The notes beneath the pieces are model-generated. The model saw only the letters and a program-made list of their open reading frames with translations. It ran no database searches and was not told where the DNA came from. A stretch of DNA of 64,000 nt from a bacterium. Its GTDB lineage: Bacteria; SAR324; NAC60-12. Made by a program: the position numbers and the translations under genes. Numbering within the stretch: the stretch's first letter is position 1; each line of letters begins with the position of its first letter. The stretch spans positions 288,001 to 352,000 of the forward strand of contig CBDBHR010000029.1 in the NCBI GenBank assembly GCA_965205865.1, in the 5' to 3' direction. Shown here piece after piece: positions 18,566-29,943 of the stretch.

Positions 18566-20085
18566 ACGGCTGTCTTTCTCTTTTTTGTTTTCTTGGAGTA
18601 GTTGAACTGCATCGCTTTCTCTCTTTCGATCCTGATCCGGTCCAGAAGAATTGAGGCGGGTTCATCATGCGAGTCCTGCACGACAAGCTTCCCGGAAAAA
18701 GCCTTCTTGAGGATTGACTGACGCAATATCTCCGCTTGCTCCAATGCCGAGTCGATTCCCCGCTCCTGCTGCTCGACCGCCACGAATCGTCTTTCCAACA
18801 GACGAACAATTTCCTGCTGTTCAGTCAAGGTGCAGAGAATGAACGGCAATTCTTCGAACTTAGATTTATTCAAGATCGGAAGAGTTGTCGCAGACGCCTC
18901 AGATTTCACCTTGGAATTAAAGAAAGGCGCCAGCGCCTGGAGATAGACAAATTTAGAATCGAACCCGGCGTCGGGACTAACCGAATTGATCTGCTGGTTG
19001 GTTGCACAACTCAATCTTGTAAATCCCGTTTTGCCGATGGTCGCACCTATACATGTCACCAAAATCGAGTCGGCAGGAAGGACACGTGCAGATTCGGCAC
19101 CTATTTCGGAAAGATACTCGCGTGCGGTTTGAACATTGTCTCCTTGGTCCAAATCCGTCGGTTTAAAAAATGGAAGCTTTCCTCCGTAGTTTCCAGGATA
19201 CTTCGTTGACGGTGTCGTACCTGTTTCAATCCTTCCAATTTGCTTCAAGCGAACCCATACCCAACGATCCGTGATTGTAGGCAACTTCTTGCATAACACT
19301 TCTTCAATTGACTCTACTGGGTTTGACTCCCTTGGTCTCACAGGCTTCTTACCTTTCTTCTCGTTTTTCTCCCATTCTTTGACGGCCGTTTCCCACTCCC
19401 TGAGTTGCCTTTGGTAGCTCACCGCCCGCTCCTGCTTGATGCGAGTTAGCAATTGTTCGGGTTTCTCGAGTTTGTCGTTGTTTTCTTCGCGCCATTGCGT
19501 CGTGAGCTTGCCTTCGAAGGCGTGCTTGAGCACGGTCTGACGGTAGACATTGAGCTTCGCCCGCGCCGTCTTCAGGCTTTCGACGCCCTTGTCCAGTTCG
19601 GAAAACAGTTCCTCGATCTTGGCGACGATACGACGTTGTTCGTTCTGAGGGGCAATAGGAACTTTACTTTTCTTGAGAAATGCGTAATGCCTTGAATACC
19701 CTCTATCCGGTATGTGTAATACCTTACATGCGTAGTACGCAAAACGCTCGTCGACGATAATCGGCTTGAGTACCTTTACTCCGTCTGCGCCTGGTGCGAA
19801 TAAAAAACTGACCAGCTTGAAGCATTTCGTATGATCACCAAAAACTATCAGGATACGATCTGATTGAATGCTCTTTGATAAGTCATTCGTAAATCCTCCA
19901 ATTAAATTGGCTCCTTGATCAACTATCGGGATCGTGCCCGAGGAAAGGTAATCCTTTTGTGGCACCTTGAGATGTGCGAGAGAAATGATCTCGAACACAT
20001 CTTCGAAGTCTACTTGCTCCCAATGCGGTGGGATATTCAGAGGCGGTGGTGTCCATTCATCTATGCCGAAAGAAGCACTATTCAT
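18562..20085 (-). CDS. hsdS: Type I R-M specificity subunit
   Basis: Two TRDs with conserved EQRRIVAKIEELFS and LRQSILKKAFSGKL spacers. Confidence 0.93.
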   Translation of the reverse strand: MNSASFGIDEWTPPPLNIPPHWEQVDFEDVFEIISLAHLKVPQKDYLSSGTIPIVDQGANLIGGFTNDLSKSIQSDRILIVFGDHTKCFKLVSFLFAPGADGVKVLKPIIVDERFAYYACKVLHIPDRGYSRHYAFLKKSKVPIAPQNEQRRIVAKIEELFSELDKGVESLKTARAKLNVYRQTVLKHAFEGKLTTQWREENNDKLEKPEQLLTRIKQERAVSYQRQLREWETAVKEWEKNEKKGKKPVRPRESNPVESIEEVLCKKLPTITDRWVWVRLKQIGRIETGTTPSTKYPGNYGGKLPFFKPTDLDQGDNVQTAREYLSEIGAESARVLPADSILVTCIGATIGKTGFTRLSCATNQQINSVSPDAGFDSKFVYLQALAPFFNSKVKSEASATTLPILNKSKFEELPFILCTLTEQQEIVRLLERRFVAVEQQERGIDSALEQAEILRQSILKKAFSGKLVVQDSHDEPASILLDRIRIEREKAMQFNYSKKTKKRKTAV

Positions 20086-20086
20086 G

Positions 20087-22852
20087 TTATGCTACTAAAG
20101 CTTCATTCAGTTCGTAAATAACTCTATCCATCCTATCACCAAATAGCTTGTACATCCGCCCAAGTCCGCCTTTACCATCGAAGGGAGCCATGTCCAGGTC
20201 GTCTCGCTCCAGATGAAAGGAGGTGATGATGTGGTCACGAATCATGCGCAGCCACTCCATCTGCTCCTCATTGAATTTCTCTCCGCTGCCACTGTGGCGC
20301 GTCATGATCCAATTCTGAAAGTTGCGGCGCACAGTTTGCGAATAGGACGAGAGTTTCCTGTCAATTCCGCAGACGCGACGGATCAATGCCACGAGCGCAG
20401 TCAATTCACCAACGGGTTTGGCGCCTTTGTATTCATCAAGCAGTTTATACGCCTGCCAGACCTGCAAGGGAGACAGGCGTGGTTTGTCGTTTTTCAGTCT
20501 GTCGAATACCTCCCGGATCATCGCATAAGTCAACTCGCTGCGCCTGTGCGGTTGAGCGAAGAAGATAGTCAAGGCTTCGATCTCGTCTCGGTTGGCTTCC
20601 AGATATTGCCGGAAGTCCAGCACCATAGCCTCCGCATTTTCATGCGCGTCACCTTCCCATCCGGCTTGGAGCACGGTGTCCAGGCTGTCATGGTCGATGG
20701 TTTGTTCCTTGTCACGGCGAATCGAGTCGATCAGTTCAATCAGTTCACCGTTGAAGACGCCAGCTGCGTCACGGACTAATCGCTCCTGAACCTTTTCACA
20801 GGCTTCAGGTGACGGTTCGGCCCCATCAGTCACAGACTCGGTCTCGCGGGCCTTCGCTTCGACCCGGTCCGAATCGATGGCTGCCAACAGATTACCAGCA
20901 ATGCTGGTGAGTTCGATCCCTCCTGTCTGTTCTTTGATACGCGCTCGCTCCTGGGGGTTAAGTTGCCGGTTGAGACGAGCGAGGCGTCCGGCAAGAGAAC
21001 TCACCGTGTCTTCGTCGTGGGCACCCATCATCACTCCCATGGCGAGGTCTTTTAACGGAATGGAGGGTTTAATGATGAGCGGTTGGCTATCAGTCTTGAG
21101 GGATTTCGTGACGGCGACGGCATCCACGATCACGTAATGGGTCTTCGCGCTGACGGCGGAGGGTGAAACTTTTTTGAGATCATCATAGTCGAGGGTGCGG
21201 GTACCGCGGCCTTTCATCTGCTCGAAATAGTTACGGCTTTTTACGTCGCGCATGAAGAGCAGGCATTCGAGCGGTTTGACGTCGGTGCCCGTAGAAATCA
21301 TATCCACGGTCACGGCGATACGTGGGTAATAGTCATTGCGGAACTGAGCGAGGACGGATTTCGGGTCTTCATCGACCTTGTAGGTGATCTTCTTACAGAA
21401 TTCATTGCCCTCGGCGAATTCCTCGCGTATGGTCTGGATGACGTCGTCGGCATGGCTGTCGGTCTTGGCAAAAACCAGCGTCTTCGGCACTTCCTCGCGA
21501 CCGGGGAATATCTCCTGCAGCTTGTCGCGGAAGGTGCGTACGACCGTGCGAATCTGGTCGGGATTTACGACGGAACGGTCCAGTTCCCATCCGGTATAAG
21601 TGAGGTCTTCGTCCTGGATATCCCAACGCTTGCGACGCGTCAGACTCTGTCGCTTCTCGACCTGCTGGTGGGCTTTGAGTTGACCACCATGCCGCGTTCT
21701 TTCAGTTTCTATGACGTAGATTTCGTTGCCGACGTTGACACCATCGGCAACGGCTTGCTCATGGTTGTATTCACTGACGACGTTCTTTTTGAAGAATCCA
21801 AAAGTGCGTTTGTCCGGCGTGGCCGTGAGACCGACGAGATAGGCGTCGAAATATTCCAGCACTTGGCGCCAGAGGTTGTAAATCGAGCGGTGGCATTCGT
21901 CGATGATGATAAAGTCAAAGAACTCGGGTGGAATTTTGCCGTTGTAGACGACCGGCACCGGTTGTCTGGATTGTAGTATCTCCTCCGGATTAATCTCCTC
22001 AGCGGCTTCGTCCAATTCCTGACCCTTCAGGAGCGAGTACATGCGCTGGATGGTACTGATGCAGACCTGGCTGTCCTTGGCGACGAAGGACGATTTGAGG
22101 CGCTGGACGTTATAGAGTTCGGTGAATTTGCGGTTGTCATCACTGGGTACGTAGGTCATGAACTCCTGCTCGGCCTGTTCACCCAGATTCCTGGTGTCCA
22201 CGAGAAAGAGGATGCGCTTGGCGTCCGCATATTTGAGCAAGCGGTATATCGAGGTGATGGCGGCATAGGTCTTTCCTGAGCCGGTAGCCATCTGAATGAG
22301 AGCACGTGGGCGATCATCTTTGAAGGATGCTTCGAGCTTCTCGATGGCGTTGATCTGACACGCTCTCAGACCCGTCGGATCCAAATTCGGAAGCCATTGG
22401 AGCCTCGATCGAAGCGATGCGGGCTGGGAAAGCCACTCCTGCATCGTCTCCGGATGAGGAAAGTTGAACACTTCGCGGGAACGGGGTTTTGGATCGCGTG
22501 CGTCGGTGAAGCGCGTGAGTACCCCGGTACTCTCATAAACGAATGGCAGAGGATTTATATTGTTCAACCACTTGAGTTTGGCAACGGCATACTCTGCAGA
22601 TTGCTCTTCGACCGTCGTGATGTTCTGGCCCCGCTCCTTTGGCTTGGCCTCCACCACGCCGACTGGTTTCTTGTCAATGAAAAGAACGTAGTCGGCCGGA
22701 CCGACATCGGTCTGGTATTCACGAATGGCAATTCCAAGGCCGGCGCTGAAGTCGATCTTCTTTTTTGATTGCACCTTCCAGCCGGCTTGATCCAACAACG
22801 CATCGATGTTGTCGCGCGCTTCCTGTTCCGGAGTGCGGTGCGCAAAAGCCAT
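20087..22852 (-). CDS. hsdR: Type I R-M restriction subunit (EcoEI/EcoAI-like)
   Basis: ADY...VEAK nuclease motif, MATGSGKT, DECHRS, GLTATP, QMKGRGTR and an EcoEI_R_C-like tail. Confidence 0.95.
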   Translation of the reverse strand: MAFAHRTPEQEARDNIDALLDQAGWKVQSKKKIDFSAGLGIAIREYQTDVGPADYVLFIDKKPVGVVEAKPKERGQNITTVEEQSAEYAVAKLKWLNNINPLPFVYESTGVLTRFTDARDPKPRSREVFNFPHPETMQEWLSQPASLRSRLQWLPNLDPTGLRACQINAIEKLEASFKDDRPRALIQMATGSGKTYAAITSIYRLLKYADAKRILFLVDTRNLGEQAEQEFMTYVPSDDNRKFTELYNVQRLKSSFVAKDSQVCISTIQRMYSLLKGQELDEAAEEINPEEILQSRQPVPVVYNGKIPPEFFDFIIIDECHRSIYNLWRQVLEYFDAYLVGLTATPDKRTFGFFKKNVVSEYNHEQAVADGVNVGNEIYVIETERTRHGGQLKAHQQVEKRQSLTRRKRWDIQDEDLTYTGWELDRSVVNPDQIRTVVRTFRDKLQEIFPGREEVPKTLVFAKTDSHADDVIQTIREEFAEGNEFCKKITYKVDEDPKSVLAQFRNDYYPRIAVTVDMISTGTDVKPLECLLFMRDVKSRNYFEQMKGRGTRTLDYDDLKKVSPSAVSAKTHYVIVDAVAVTKSLKTDSQPLIIKPSIPLKDLAMGVMMGAHDEDTVSSLAGRLARLNRQLNPQERARIKEQTGGIELTSIAGNLLAAIDSDRVEAKARETESVTDGAEPSPEACEKVQERLVRDAAGVFNGELIELIDSIRRDKEQTIDHDSLDTVLQAGWEGDAHENAEAMVLDFRQYLEANRDEIEALTIFFAQPHRRSELTYAMIREVFDRLKNDKPRLSPLQVWQAYKLLDEYKGAKPVGELTALVALIRRVCGIDRKLSSYSQTVRRNFQNWIMTRHSGSGEKFNEEQMEWLRMIRDHIITSFHLERDDLDMAPFDGKGGLGRMYKLFGDRMDRVIYELNEALVA

Positions 22853-23131
22853 AGCCTCAATCCTTTATATCAATTCGCCAGTCTCTACCTGTCCAGTTTT
22901 CTTTAGTAGCCATCTACCACTCGCCTTTCTTCCATGAAAAACAAGAAAATACCAAAAGAATATATGAAAAAAAGACTATTCCATCAACTTCAAGCAGTTT
23001 GTTGGGTAGTCTAAACCTCGATGATTTGGAAGAAACAAGTGGTTCATAGTTATCCACTTCTTATTCTAATAATTTCGAAACCATCAGAGATTGGTAGGGT
23101 CCTTGTCGATCCCTGTGTTCTCTTGATTATT

Positions 23132-24202
23132 TCAATTCGCTGCTGTTCTTCTATTCAAAACAGCTTGAAGTTTATACTTTAGATTTCGGATTTTAACAGA
23201 CCACAGTTTTTCTTTTGGATACGCCCCGGTATCTGACATTCGTAGTAAATCACTCTCGGTTGGATGTCGATAACCTGAAGAATTGCAATGATCATTAAGC
23301 CAAACCTGCGTTTCTTGAACAAATGTATTTAACTGATCACATTTGTAGTGACCATCAACACTTTTCCACCACAATATAGTTAAAGCAGAGATTCTTCGTT
23401 GAATATCGTCAAGATACTCTTGTTTAGTAGGAGCTATGGTTGCAATGATATGCTCAGTGATTTGATGAGTGTAAAAAAGTAAATATGGCAAGCGACTGTA
23501 AAGATAATGCCACTGTGTATTTTTTGAGTACGAATCAGAGAAAATAAAATTTATATTTAAATTCTCAGTGCGGATAGCCATATGTTCGGTGAATAAATGC
23601 ATTGCCTTATTACACACCCCATCGAAACTATCATACTCATTTTTATCATACCTGAGTTGTGCAATATAACTTGCATCAAGACGCGAGGTTTCACCAATAA
23701 CATCTAGAACTTTTTGTATCCTTTTTCTATGGTTCTCTACATCTCCTGTGTTTTTTGGGCGAAGCTTGAGAGGATCAGCAGCCAGTTTATTTGAAAAATC
23801 AAGTTCATCAAGCACTATAGACTCAATCAGGTATAGGTTCTCTTGTAAAGGCTTTCGTATAAGCATGTAGGAGATACCGAGCTTTGCTTTTCTTGAGTTT
23901 TCCAAACATGCAAACACAGAATGCATCATGTCTGACAAAACAGCAGGAAAAACCAAATTTTTTACAACCTGCGCTCGATCTTGCAAACGTTCTTTGTTTT
24001 CAAGCCATGTAAAAACATCATCGGTTTTTTCTAAGGAGGAATAATCGTCATCATTCATCGTGATAGTTGTAGTAAAGAACTGCCCTTCTTCTCCAGATTT
24101 TATCATTTGCACCATAATATCATGAATCACAAAACATAGCTTATGGGCTATTTCAAACGCTTCAGGCAATAATTTTCTATATTTAGACTTTGGACGCATC
24201 AA
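23132..24202 (-). CDS. Hypothetical protein, 356 aa, AT-rich
   Basis: Long ORF co-oriented with the upstream gene after a 9-bp gap; no family recognised. Confidence 0.7.
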   Translation of the reverse strand: MMRPKSKYRKLLPEAFEIAHKLCFVIHDIMVQMIKSGEEGQFFTTTITMNDDDYSSLEKTDDVFTWLENKERLQDRAQVVKNLVFPAVLSDMMHSVFACLENSRKAKLGISYMLIRKPLQENLYLIESIVLDELDFSNKLAADPLKLRPKNTGDVENHRKRIQKVLDVIGETSRLDASYIAQLRYDKNEYDSFDGVCNKAMHLFTEHMAIRTENLNINFIFSDSYSKNTQWHYLYSRLPYLLFYTHQITEHIIATIAPTKQEYLDDIQRRISALTILWWKSVDGHYKCDQLNTFVQETQVWLNDHCNSSGYRHPTESDLLRMSDTGAYPKEKLWSVKIRNLKYKLQAVLNRRTAAN

Positions 24203-24211
24203 TTTTTAAAT

Positions 24212-24859
24212 TCATTTTGTTCGCGCGTGCACCTCAGTCTTTAGTTTTATGGACTGCATATGTGTGACTTGGACATCTCCATCACTTTGAGTTTGCATCA
24301 AAACCGCGAGTGCAATTTGGTCAGAAATATGAATCCAGTGATGATTTAGAAGTCGCACTGTTTTCTTGTGATAGTCCATAATTTTCTCGAAGTGACTTTC
24401 AATACACCCAATATATACATTTTGTCGACTTGCATGAAGATATTTTCCACAAATCTTGTCATACAGTGTGCAAAAATCAGATTCTGTCAGGTAGCCATGG
24501 CTAATTTTGTCTACCTTTCTGATACCGTCTGGATAACCCAAATCCTCGACTGGTTCCGGATAGTATTTGGGATTTATGCGTTGGATTTGTCGGAGAATTT
24601 TCGAGGCACTGAACTCTTTGTCTTGCAAGTGCTTGCTCAACTTAATCGCGAACGCACTATGTGCTGTAACTGCCGAAAACATAATTAGCTCAAGAATCTT
24701 CCTAAACTGCAAATAACAGAGTTCTATGTCGGTTTCCCGATAGCCTGTTACAGAACCGCCGGCTACGTAAGTATCAATACACTTGGAGATTACAGCGGTA
24801 CGGTACTTTATCTGCCTCATATTATCACGATATCGTGCGATGGCTGTTTCGACTTTCAT
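24212..24859 (-). CDS. Hypothetical protein, 215 aa, AT-rich
   Basis: Long ORF with ELCYLQFRKILELI and CGKYLH segments; no firm family. Confidence 0.7.
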   Translation of the reverse strand: MKVETAIARYRDNMRQIKYRTAVISKCIDTYVAGGSVTGYRETDIELCYLQFRKILELIMFSAVTAHSAFAIKLSKHLQDKEFSASKILRQIQRINPKYYPEPVEDLGYPDGIRKVDKISHGYLTESDFCTLYDKICGKYLHASRQNVYIGCIESHFEKIMDYHKKTVRLLNHHWIHISDQIALAVLMQTQSDGDVQVTHMQSIKLKTEVHARTK

Positions 24860-25374
24860 TTGCCAATTGCTTCAAACAATGACATCAAACAATGCTTTGT
24901 ATAAGTTCGGTTTCCGCTTTGTTAAATTTTGGATTCTCGTCCTTTTGAAATAAGTAAAAATTTAGTAGACAGGCAATCATTTTACAAAACAATTTTATTG
25001 ATGCACAATTTTTTCCGGGATCAAGTGGTAGCCCAGTTTTTGCTGTTTGGGACAGTAAGTATGCATTACTTGGTGTTGTTTCTCTTACAATGATTCGACA
25101 TTCACTGATTCAAACTTGATCTGCGAATGTGCCACCGATTGAAGTCGAATAGATATTTGTTCTTGGAACTATAGCAAAGCAGAAATTTGTATAGGAGCTT
25201 ATAGATAATACTGTTAATGAGGTTTTACGAAGTGTATCTCCAAGGTCATAATTATTGGATCTTCTAGTGAAATTGACTAAAACGTATCTCATAAACATCT
25301 ATCGGTTTGATCACAAAGGAGGAAAGGTAGAATAGATTTGAAGGAAGGTTTTTAATGGACATCGGGAGGAAGAT

Positions 25375-25450
<76 letters not shown>

Positions 25451-25679
25451 GTGTCTTGGTAGGTTGATTGCAAGCCTATCGAAAAAAAGGGTCATTTCAA
25501 GAAAAAATTATGACTCTTTGTCGGTTTCGTAAAATTCTGGTCAATTTCATGCGCATGCCGTTTTGATCTTCTCTTGTAAACGCCGGATCCACTTCCAATT
25601 CGTGGTTATTTCGCGTCTGACCGAACCCCCTTTCCTCCTTCAGCAAAAAGGAGCTCGTGTATTGCTCGGTAAATACATT

Positions 25680-25900
25680 TCTAAGTTGAGCGATTTATAA
25701 TAATAATAGCTCTCAACCTTTTGGAAAAAGTGTGATATTTCAGTGTGTAACGCTAAAAATATCCACAATTTCCAACACGACCCAACAGGTAGAGAGATTC
25801 ATGGAAAAAGATACAACAATTCAGGGAAAAAATAAACAGAAAATTGATGTAATTGAGCCAAGCGATGAACACTTGACAAGTCGTACCGGATTGGCCGGGT
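25680..25900 (+). mobile_element. Possible IS1380-like left-end remnant
   Basis: ATG 25801 gives MEKDTTIQGKNKQKIDVIEPSDEHLTSRTGLAG (compare LTAQAGL of the IS1380 transposase in this window), then breaks off. Confidence 0.35.
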
Positions 25901-26186
25901 TCCCCGGCTGAGTAAGTCACCTCCTCTTGCATAATTTCCTCTACTACCGTCTGTTTCAATGGAATCAGTGGTTGGATCTATAACAGCCGAATGAAAAACA
26001 CAAACTCACTGGAATGTAATCCTTTACTCGTTCTTTCGCATTGCTTCTTTTCAGGGGTTTGCTTACCCTTTCCACGACCTTCCTTCGTCGGGTCGGGTTT
26101 TGTGTGGTCAATGAAACCACAACATATCGGATGGGAGGCCATCTTTCAATTTTCAACTGATTTTAGGACATTTCTGGGGAAACACC

Positions 26187-26618
26187 ATGAATATCACTAA
26201 TATCAAAGTAGAATTATTCAAGTTTATATCCGAACCGTGGAAATTGGGATCCAAGCTGGCGTTTGGTCAGACCATTCCTGGAATGGTGACGGCAGATACC
26301 GGTAAATGGGTCAGCAGCAATGCGTTCCCTGGATTTTCCCATGCGGGCGCAAACCAATTTATTCCAAGGCTGATCGAGTTCATAAAACCCGGAATCTTGG
26401 GATGCGATCCCCTGGATATTGGCAAAGTCCGGGAGGAACTGTGGAAGCTAAATCGGTGGGTATCCACGGATACCATTGGGGCTAGCGACATCTGCCTGTG
26501 GGATATCAACTGCAAGCTTGCAGGACGACCCATACACAGGTTAACCGGGACTTGTAAAGACGCAGTCCGGGTCTACTCGCTTTCAGAGGTGCTGACCCGC
26601 GCATTCGGAGTACGATAA
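26187..26618 (+). pseudogene. Mandelate racemase/enolase superfamily, N-terminal fragment
   Basis: IKPGILGCDPLDIGKVREELW...IGASDICLWDINCKLAGRPIHRLTG; the TIM-barrel domain is missing. Confidence 0.7.
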
Positions 26619-29539
26619 TGTCTGCGTCCGCCCTGAATCGACGTGCACGCCTAGAATTTCGCAGTTGGCGTTTCGTAGTCGCCGGATTCGTGCTGGCCCT
26701 ATTTGTGTGCGGAATCGAGGGTTCACCCGTTGTCGCTCACGAAAACCCGCCCGTCGACCATTTGGTCGACGACCACGTCCACTGGGACGGGACAGTCGAG
26801 GTGAGACCCGCTTCGTTGACCCTAACTAAGGGTAAAAGTGTCACCTACGAATTGAGGTTGACCGAGCCACCCGAAAACCATGGCGTACTGGAAGACGGAT
26901 GGTGGGTCATGATAAGGGTCAACGTCGAATACGAAGGTATCAGTTGGGTGCCATCTGTCGGGAGGGAGTTCAATCAGAAAAAATGGGATACGTGGCGGAG
27001 CGTCACCATCTATGCGGACCGCGATACGAATGTGAAAGATATCGTTATTTCCCACGAAGTTTGGGCCAACAACACATATTGCCCTGTACACGATGTGGGT
27101 AAAGTGAAGGTGACAATTGCGGACAATGGTGACGGGAATGGCAACGGCGATAGAGATGGAAATGGCAACGGGAATGGCGACGGTGATGGCGACGGAAATG
27201 GAGATGGCAACGGCGATGGAAATGGAGATGGCAACGGCGATGGAAATGGAGATGGCAACGGCGATGGAAATGGAGATGGAGATGGAAATGGCAACGGAAA
27301 TGGAGATGGCGACGGGAATGGAAACGGTGACGTGGATGGAGATGACGACGGGGACGGGATGGGGGACAGCGATGACGGTCTGCCGACCCTTCGCATCAAT
27401 GATGTGGCAGTGTCCGAGGTCAACGAGCACGCAGTGTTCACGGTGAAATTGAGTAGACCGAGCAAGATGGATGTGAAGGTGGGCTACGCGACGTCCAACG
27501 GGACGGCTCGGGCAGGACAAGACTACACGGGCACGAGGGGGACGCTGACTATCGCCTCCGGCGACACCGCGGGAACGATTCCTGTTCGGGTGTTGGACGA
27601 TGACCTGGGTGAAGGCGACGAGACGTTCATCATGACGTTGAGTGCAGCGGCCAACGCGACGATTTCGGATGCCAGGGGAATCGGCACCATCAAGGACGAT
27701 GAATTCCCTCAGGTCAGGGTGTCCTACGGCTCGGCGTCATACACCGTCAGAGAGGCTGAGTTCGTTGAAGTGAGCGTGGTTCTCAACACGCTTCCAGGTC
27801 GCCCGATCACGATTCCACTGACTCACACAGGCTCCGGCGGCGCAGTTGAGACGGATTATTCGGGGATTCCCGACAGCGTGCATTTCGACGCTACCGAGAT
27901 GCGGGAAACTTTCCGGGTATTGGCCCGTCGGGATTTAGAGCAAGACGACGGAGAGCGAGTCATTCTTGGATTCGGGACACTCACCGCAGGCGTGACGACA
28001 GCCTCTCCCGATTCATCTACGGTGACAATCCAAGACGTCCGTATCTTGAGACGCCAGGCGCCAAAACGCTGGCTCCAGAGATTCGCAGAAACGGCGATGG
28101 TACACCTGTTGGAAGCGATCGACGAACGGATACGGTGTGCGCCAGTTCATCGACTCGTTCCGGGACGCCTGGAATCCCAGCCAACCCGCCGGGGGTGCGA
28201 TCCGCGGCTTGAGGAGCATCTGTCATATTTGGTTTCCGTTCGCCGGTTTCCGGCCATGCAAGCCACGTTCGATGGGACCGCGCTGTCGCTTCCGGTCGAT
28301 GGGTCCGCCAGTGCACGGCCGATCGATCAGACTTTCAGCAGTTTGGAACCACTCGAACCTCGCAGCTTTTCTGCCAGGGAGGCACTGGCCCGGAGCGCTT
28401 TCCGGGTCTCGTCTCAGGTACGCGAATACGGACAGAGGATCAGTTTCTGGGGACGAGGAGCTCTTTCCCTCTTCAACGAGGATGATAACGGATACGACCT
28501 CGACGGTGACGTCGCGAGCGCGATCTTCGGCATGGACTATGCTGACCATCGCGTATTAGCAGGAATCGCGTTGTCACAAAGCCGGGGAGACGGATCGTAC
28601 TTCGACCACGGCCACGACGGCGAGGCGGAGGCGATCCTGACCGGACTCTATCCGTACGTGTACCTCGGTGTAAACGAACGTATTTCTGTCTGGGGTGCGG
28701 CGGGGCTCGGCTCCGGAACACTCAATCTCAGATTGTCGGACCTGGAACCGGTCACTAATATCGCAACGAGAATGGGAGTCATCGGCACGCGTATTGAAAT
28801 TCTACACCCTGAAGAGACATGGGGCGTCTCGCTGGCGCTCAAGGCCGATGCGATGCTCATGCGGATCACTTCCAATGAAACCCTCGACCTGTTTGCCGCT
28901 CGGGCGACGACAAGTCGGCAACGCCTTGCGCTTGAACTCTCGCAGGAATTTACCTTCATGCCGGGAGAGTGGGTCACCCCGTTCGTAGCGATCGGCGCGC
29001 GGCGTGATGATGGCGACGGCGAGACCACATTCGCAGCGGAGGTCGGCGGCGGATTCCGCTTCGAGAGCTCCGCGCTCGGTTTGACGACGGAACTCAACGC
29101 GCGTGGAATAATTCCGCACGCTGCCGGTGACTTCGAGGAGTACGGTGTGTCGGGATCTCTGCGATACGACTCGATAACTAATTCAACCCTGGGACCATAC
29201 GCGACGTTGTCCATCGTCGATGGCTTCGCAAGATGGGCCGAGTCCGATTCGCTGTGGGGATACGACGTTTTGAGCAACCGGGAATCGAATGATGGCGACC
29301 CATTCGGGACGCGCATCAATGCCGGGTTCGGCTACGGATTCCCAGTCTCGCATGGCACCGGCGTAGGGACTCCGTGGGTCGGCGCGTCGTTGTCCGAACG
29401 ATGGCGGGACTGGCGTCTCGGTTACCGACTCCGATTCGGTCCGGCATTGAGTCTGGGCATCGATGGCTCACTCCGTGAGCGATTCGACGTTGACCCGACT
29501 CCAGACCACTCGATCATGCTGCGCCTCTCGCTACGATGA
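26618..29539 (+). CDS. Secreted Calx-beta domain protein with Gly-Asn/Asp linker and autotransporter-like beta-barrel C-terminus
   Basis: Signal-like N-terminus; [16 protein letters not shown]...[13 protein letters not shown]alx-beta motif; C-terminal WGRG, GMDY and LYPY barrel strands. Confidence 0.8.
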   Translation: MSASALNRRARLEFRSWRFVVAGFVLALFVCGIEGSPVVAHENPPVDHLVDDHVHWDGTVEVRPASLTLTKGKSVTYELRLTEPPENHGVLEDGWWVMIRVNVEYEGISWVPSVGREFNQKKWDTWRSVTIYADRDTNVKDIVISHEVWANNTYCPVHDVGKVKVTIADNGDGNGNGDRDGNGNGNGDGDGDGNGDGNGDGNGDGNGDGNGDGNGDGNGDGDGNGNGNGDGDGNGNGDVDGDDDGDGMGDSDDGLPTLRINDVAVSEVNEHAVFTVKLSRPSKMDVKVGYATSNGTARAGQDYTGTRGTLTIASGDTAGTIPVRVLDDDLGEGDETFIMTLSAAANATISDARGIGTIKDDEFPQVRVSYGSASYTVREAEFVEVSVVLNTLPGRPITIPLTHTGSGGAVETDYSGIPDSVHFDATEMRETFRVLARRDLEQDDGERVILGFGTLTAGVTTASPDSSTVTIQDVRILRRQAPKRWLQRFAETAMVHLLEAIDERIRCAPVHRLVPGRLESQPTRRGCDPRLEEHLSYLVSVRRFPAMQATFDGTALSLPVDGSASARPIDQTFSSLEPLEPRSFSAREALARSAFRVSSQVREYGQRISFWGRGALSLFNEDDNGYDLDGDVASAIFGMDYADHRVLAGIALSQSRGDGSYFDHGHDGEAEAILTGLYPYVYLGVNERISVWGAAGLGSGTLNLRLSDLEPVTNIATRMGVIGTRIEILHPEETWGVSLALKADAMLMRITSNETLDLFAARATTSRQRLALELSQEFTFMPGEWVTPFVAIGARRDDGDGETTFAAEVGGGFRFESSALGLTTELNARGIIPHAAGDFEEYGVSGSLRYDSITNSTLGPYATLSIVDGFARWAESDSLWGYDVLSNRESNDGDPFGTRINAGFGYGFPVSHGTGVGTPWVGASLSERWRDWRLGYRLRFGPALSLGIDGSLRERFDVDPTPDHSIMLRLSLR
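27125..27378 (+). repeat. Low-complexity (GNGD)n coding tandem repeat
   Basis: Repeated 24-nt unit GGAAATGGAGATGGCAACGGCGAT and variants. Confidence 0.9.
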
Positions 29540-29790
29540 TGAAGCTGCTTGTAAATTATGAAAGATTTTTTCTGCCAAACACTAATTTGGACTGTTCTCA
29601 TGTAATTCAATGTGGAAGTTAAATGTTCATTGCAGTATTGACTTATATATACTGGAGCGCCATATAACTTGCATTCTTGAGCAAGTTATAAAGTTTTGGG
29701 AAACTGCGAACGTGGGAAGTATATCCGTATTGTTTGCGAAGTCTTGCTTGTTGGAACGAGAGAATCATGGTGTGATAAGTAAGTGAATTT

Positions 29791-29848
29791 TGGCATGGCG
29801 TTTGATGGTCTTTTTTTTAACCTTTTGTCGGCCGTCAGCGTCATGCCA
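29791..29848. terminator. Hairpin between convergent genes
   Basis: TGGCATGGCGTTTGATGGTC / GGCCGTCAGCGTCATGCCA imperfect IR followed by TTTT. Confidence 0.4.
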
Positions 29849-29943
29849 TTTTGTAATGGTTCACCAGGTTGTACTCCAGGATGAAGTATGATGGGGATAG
29901 TGTTTTGATCCAGGTACGCTTTAATCGGATGAACCCGAAAAAA

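Noticed and set aside
27125-27378. Regular repeats as a possible CRISPR array
   Set aside because: In-frame Gly-Asn/Asp codon repeats with no unique spacers and no cas genes.
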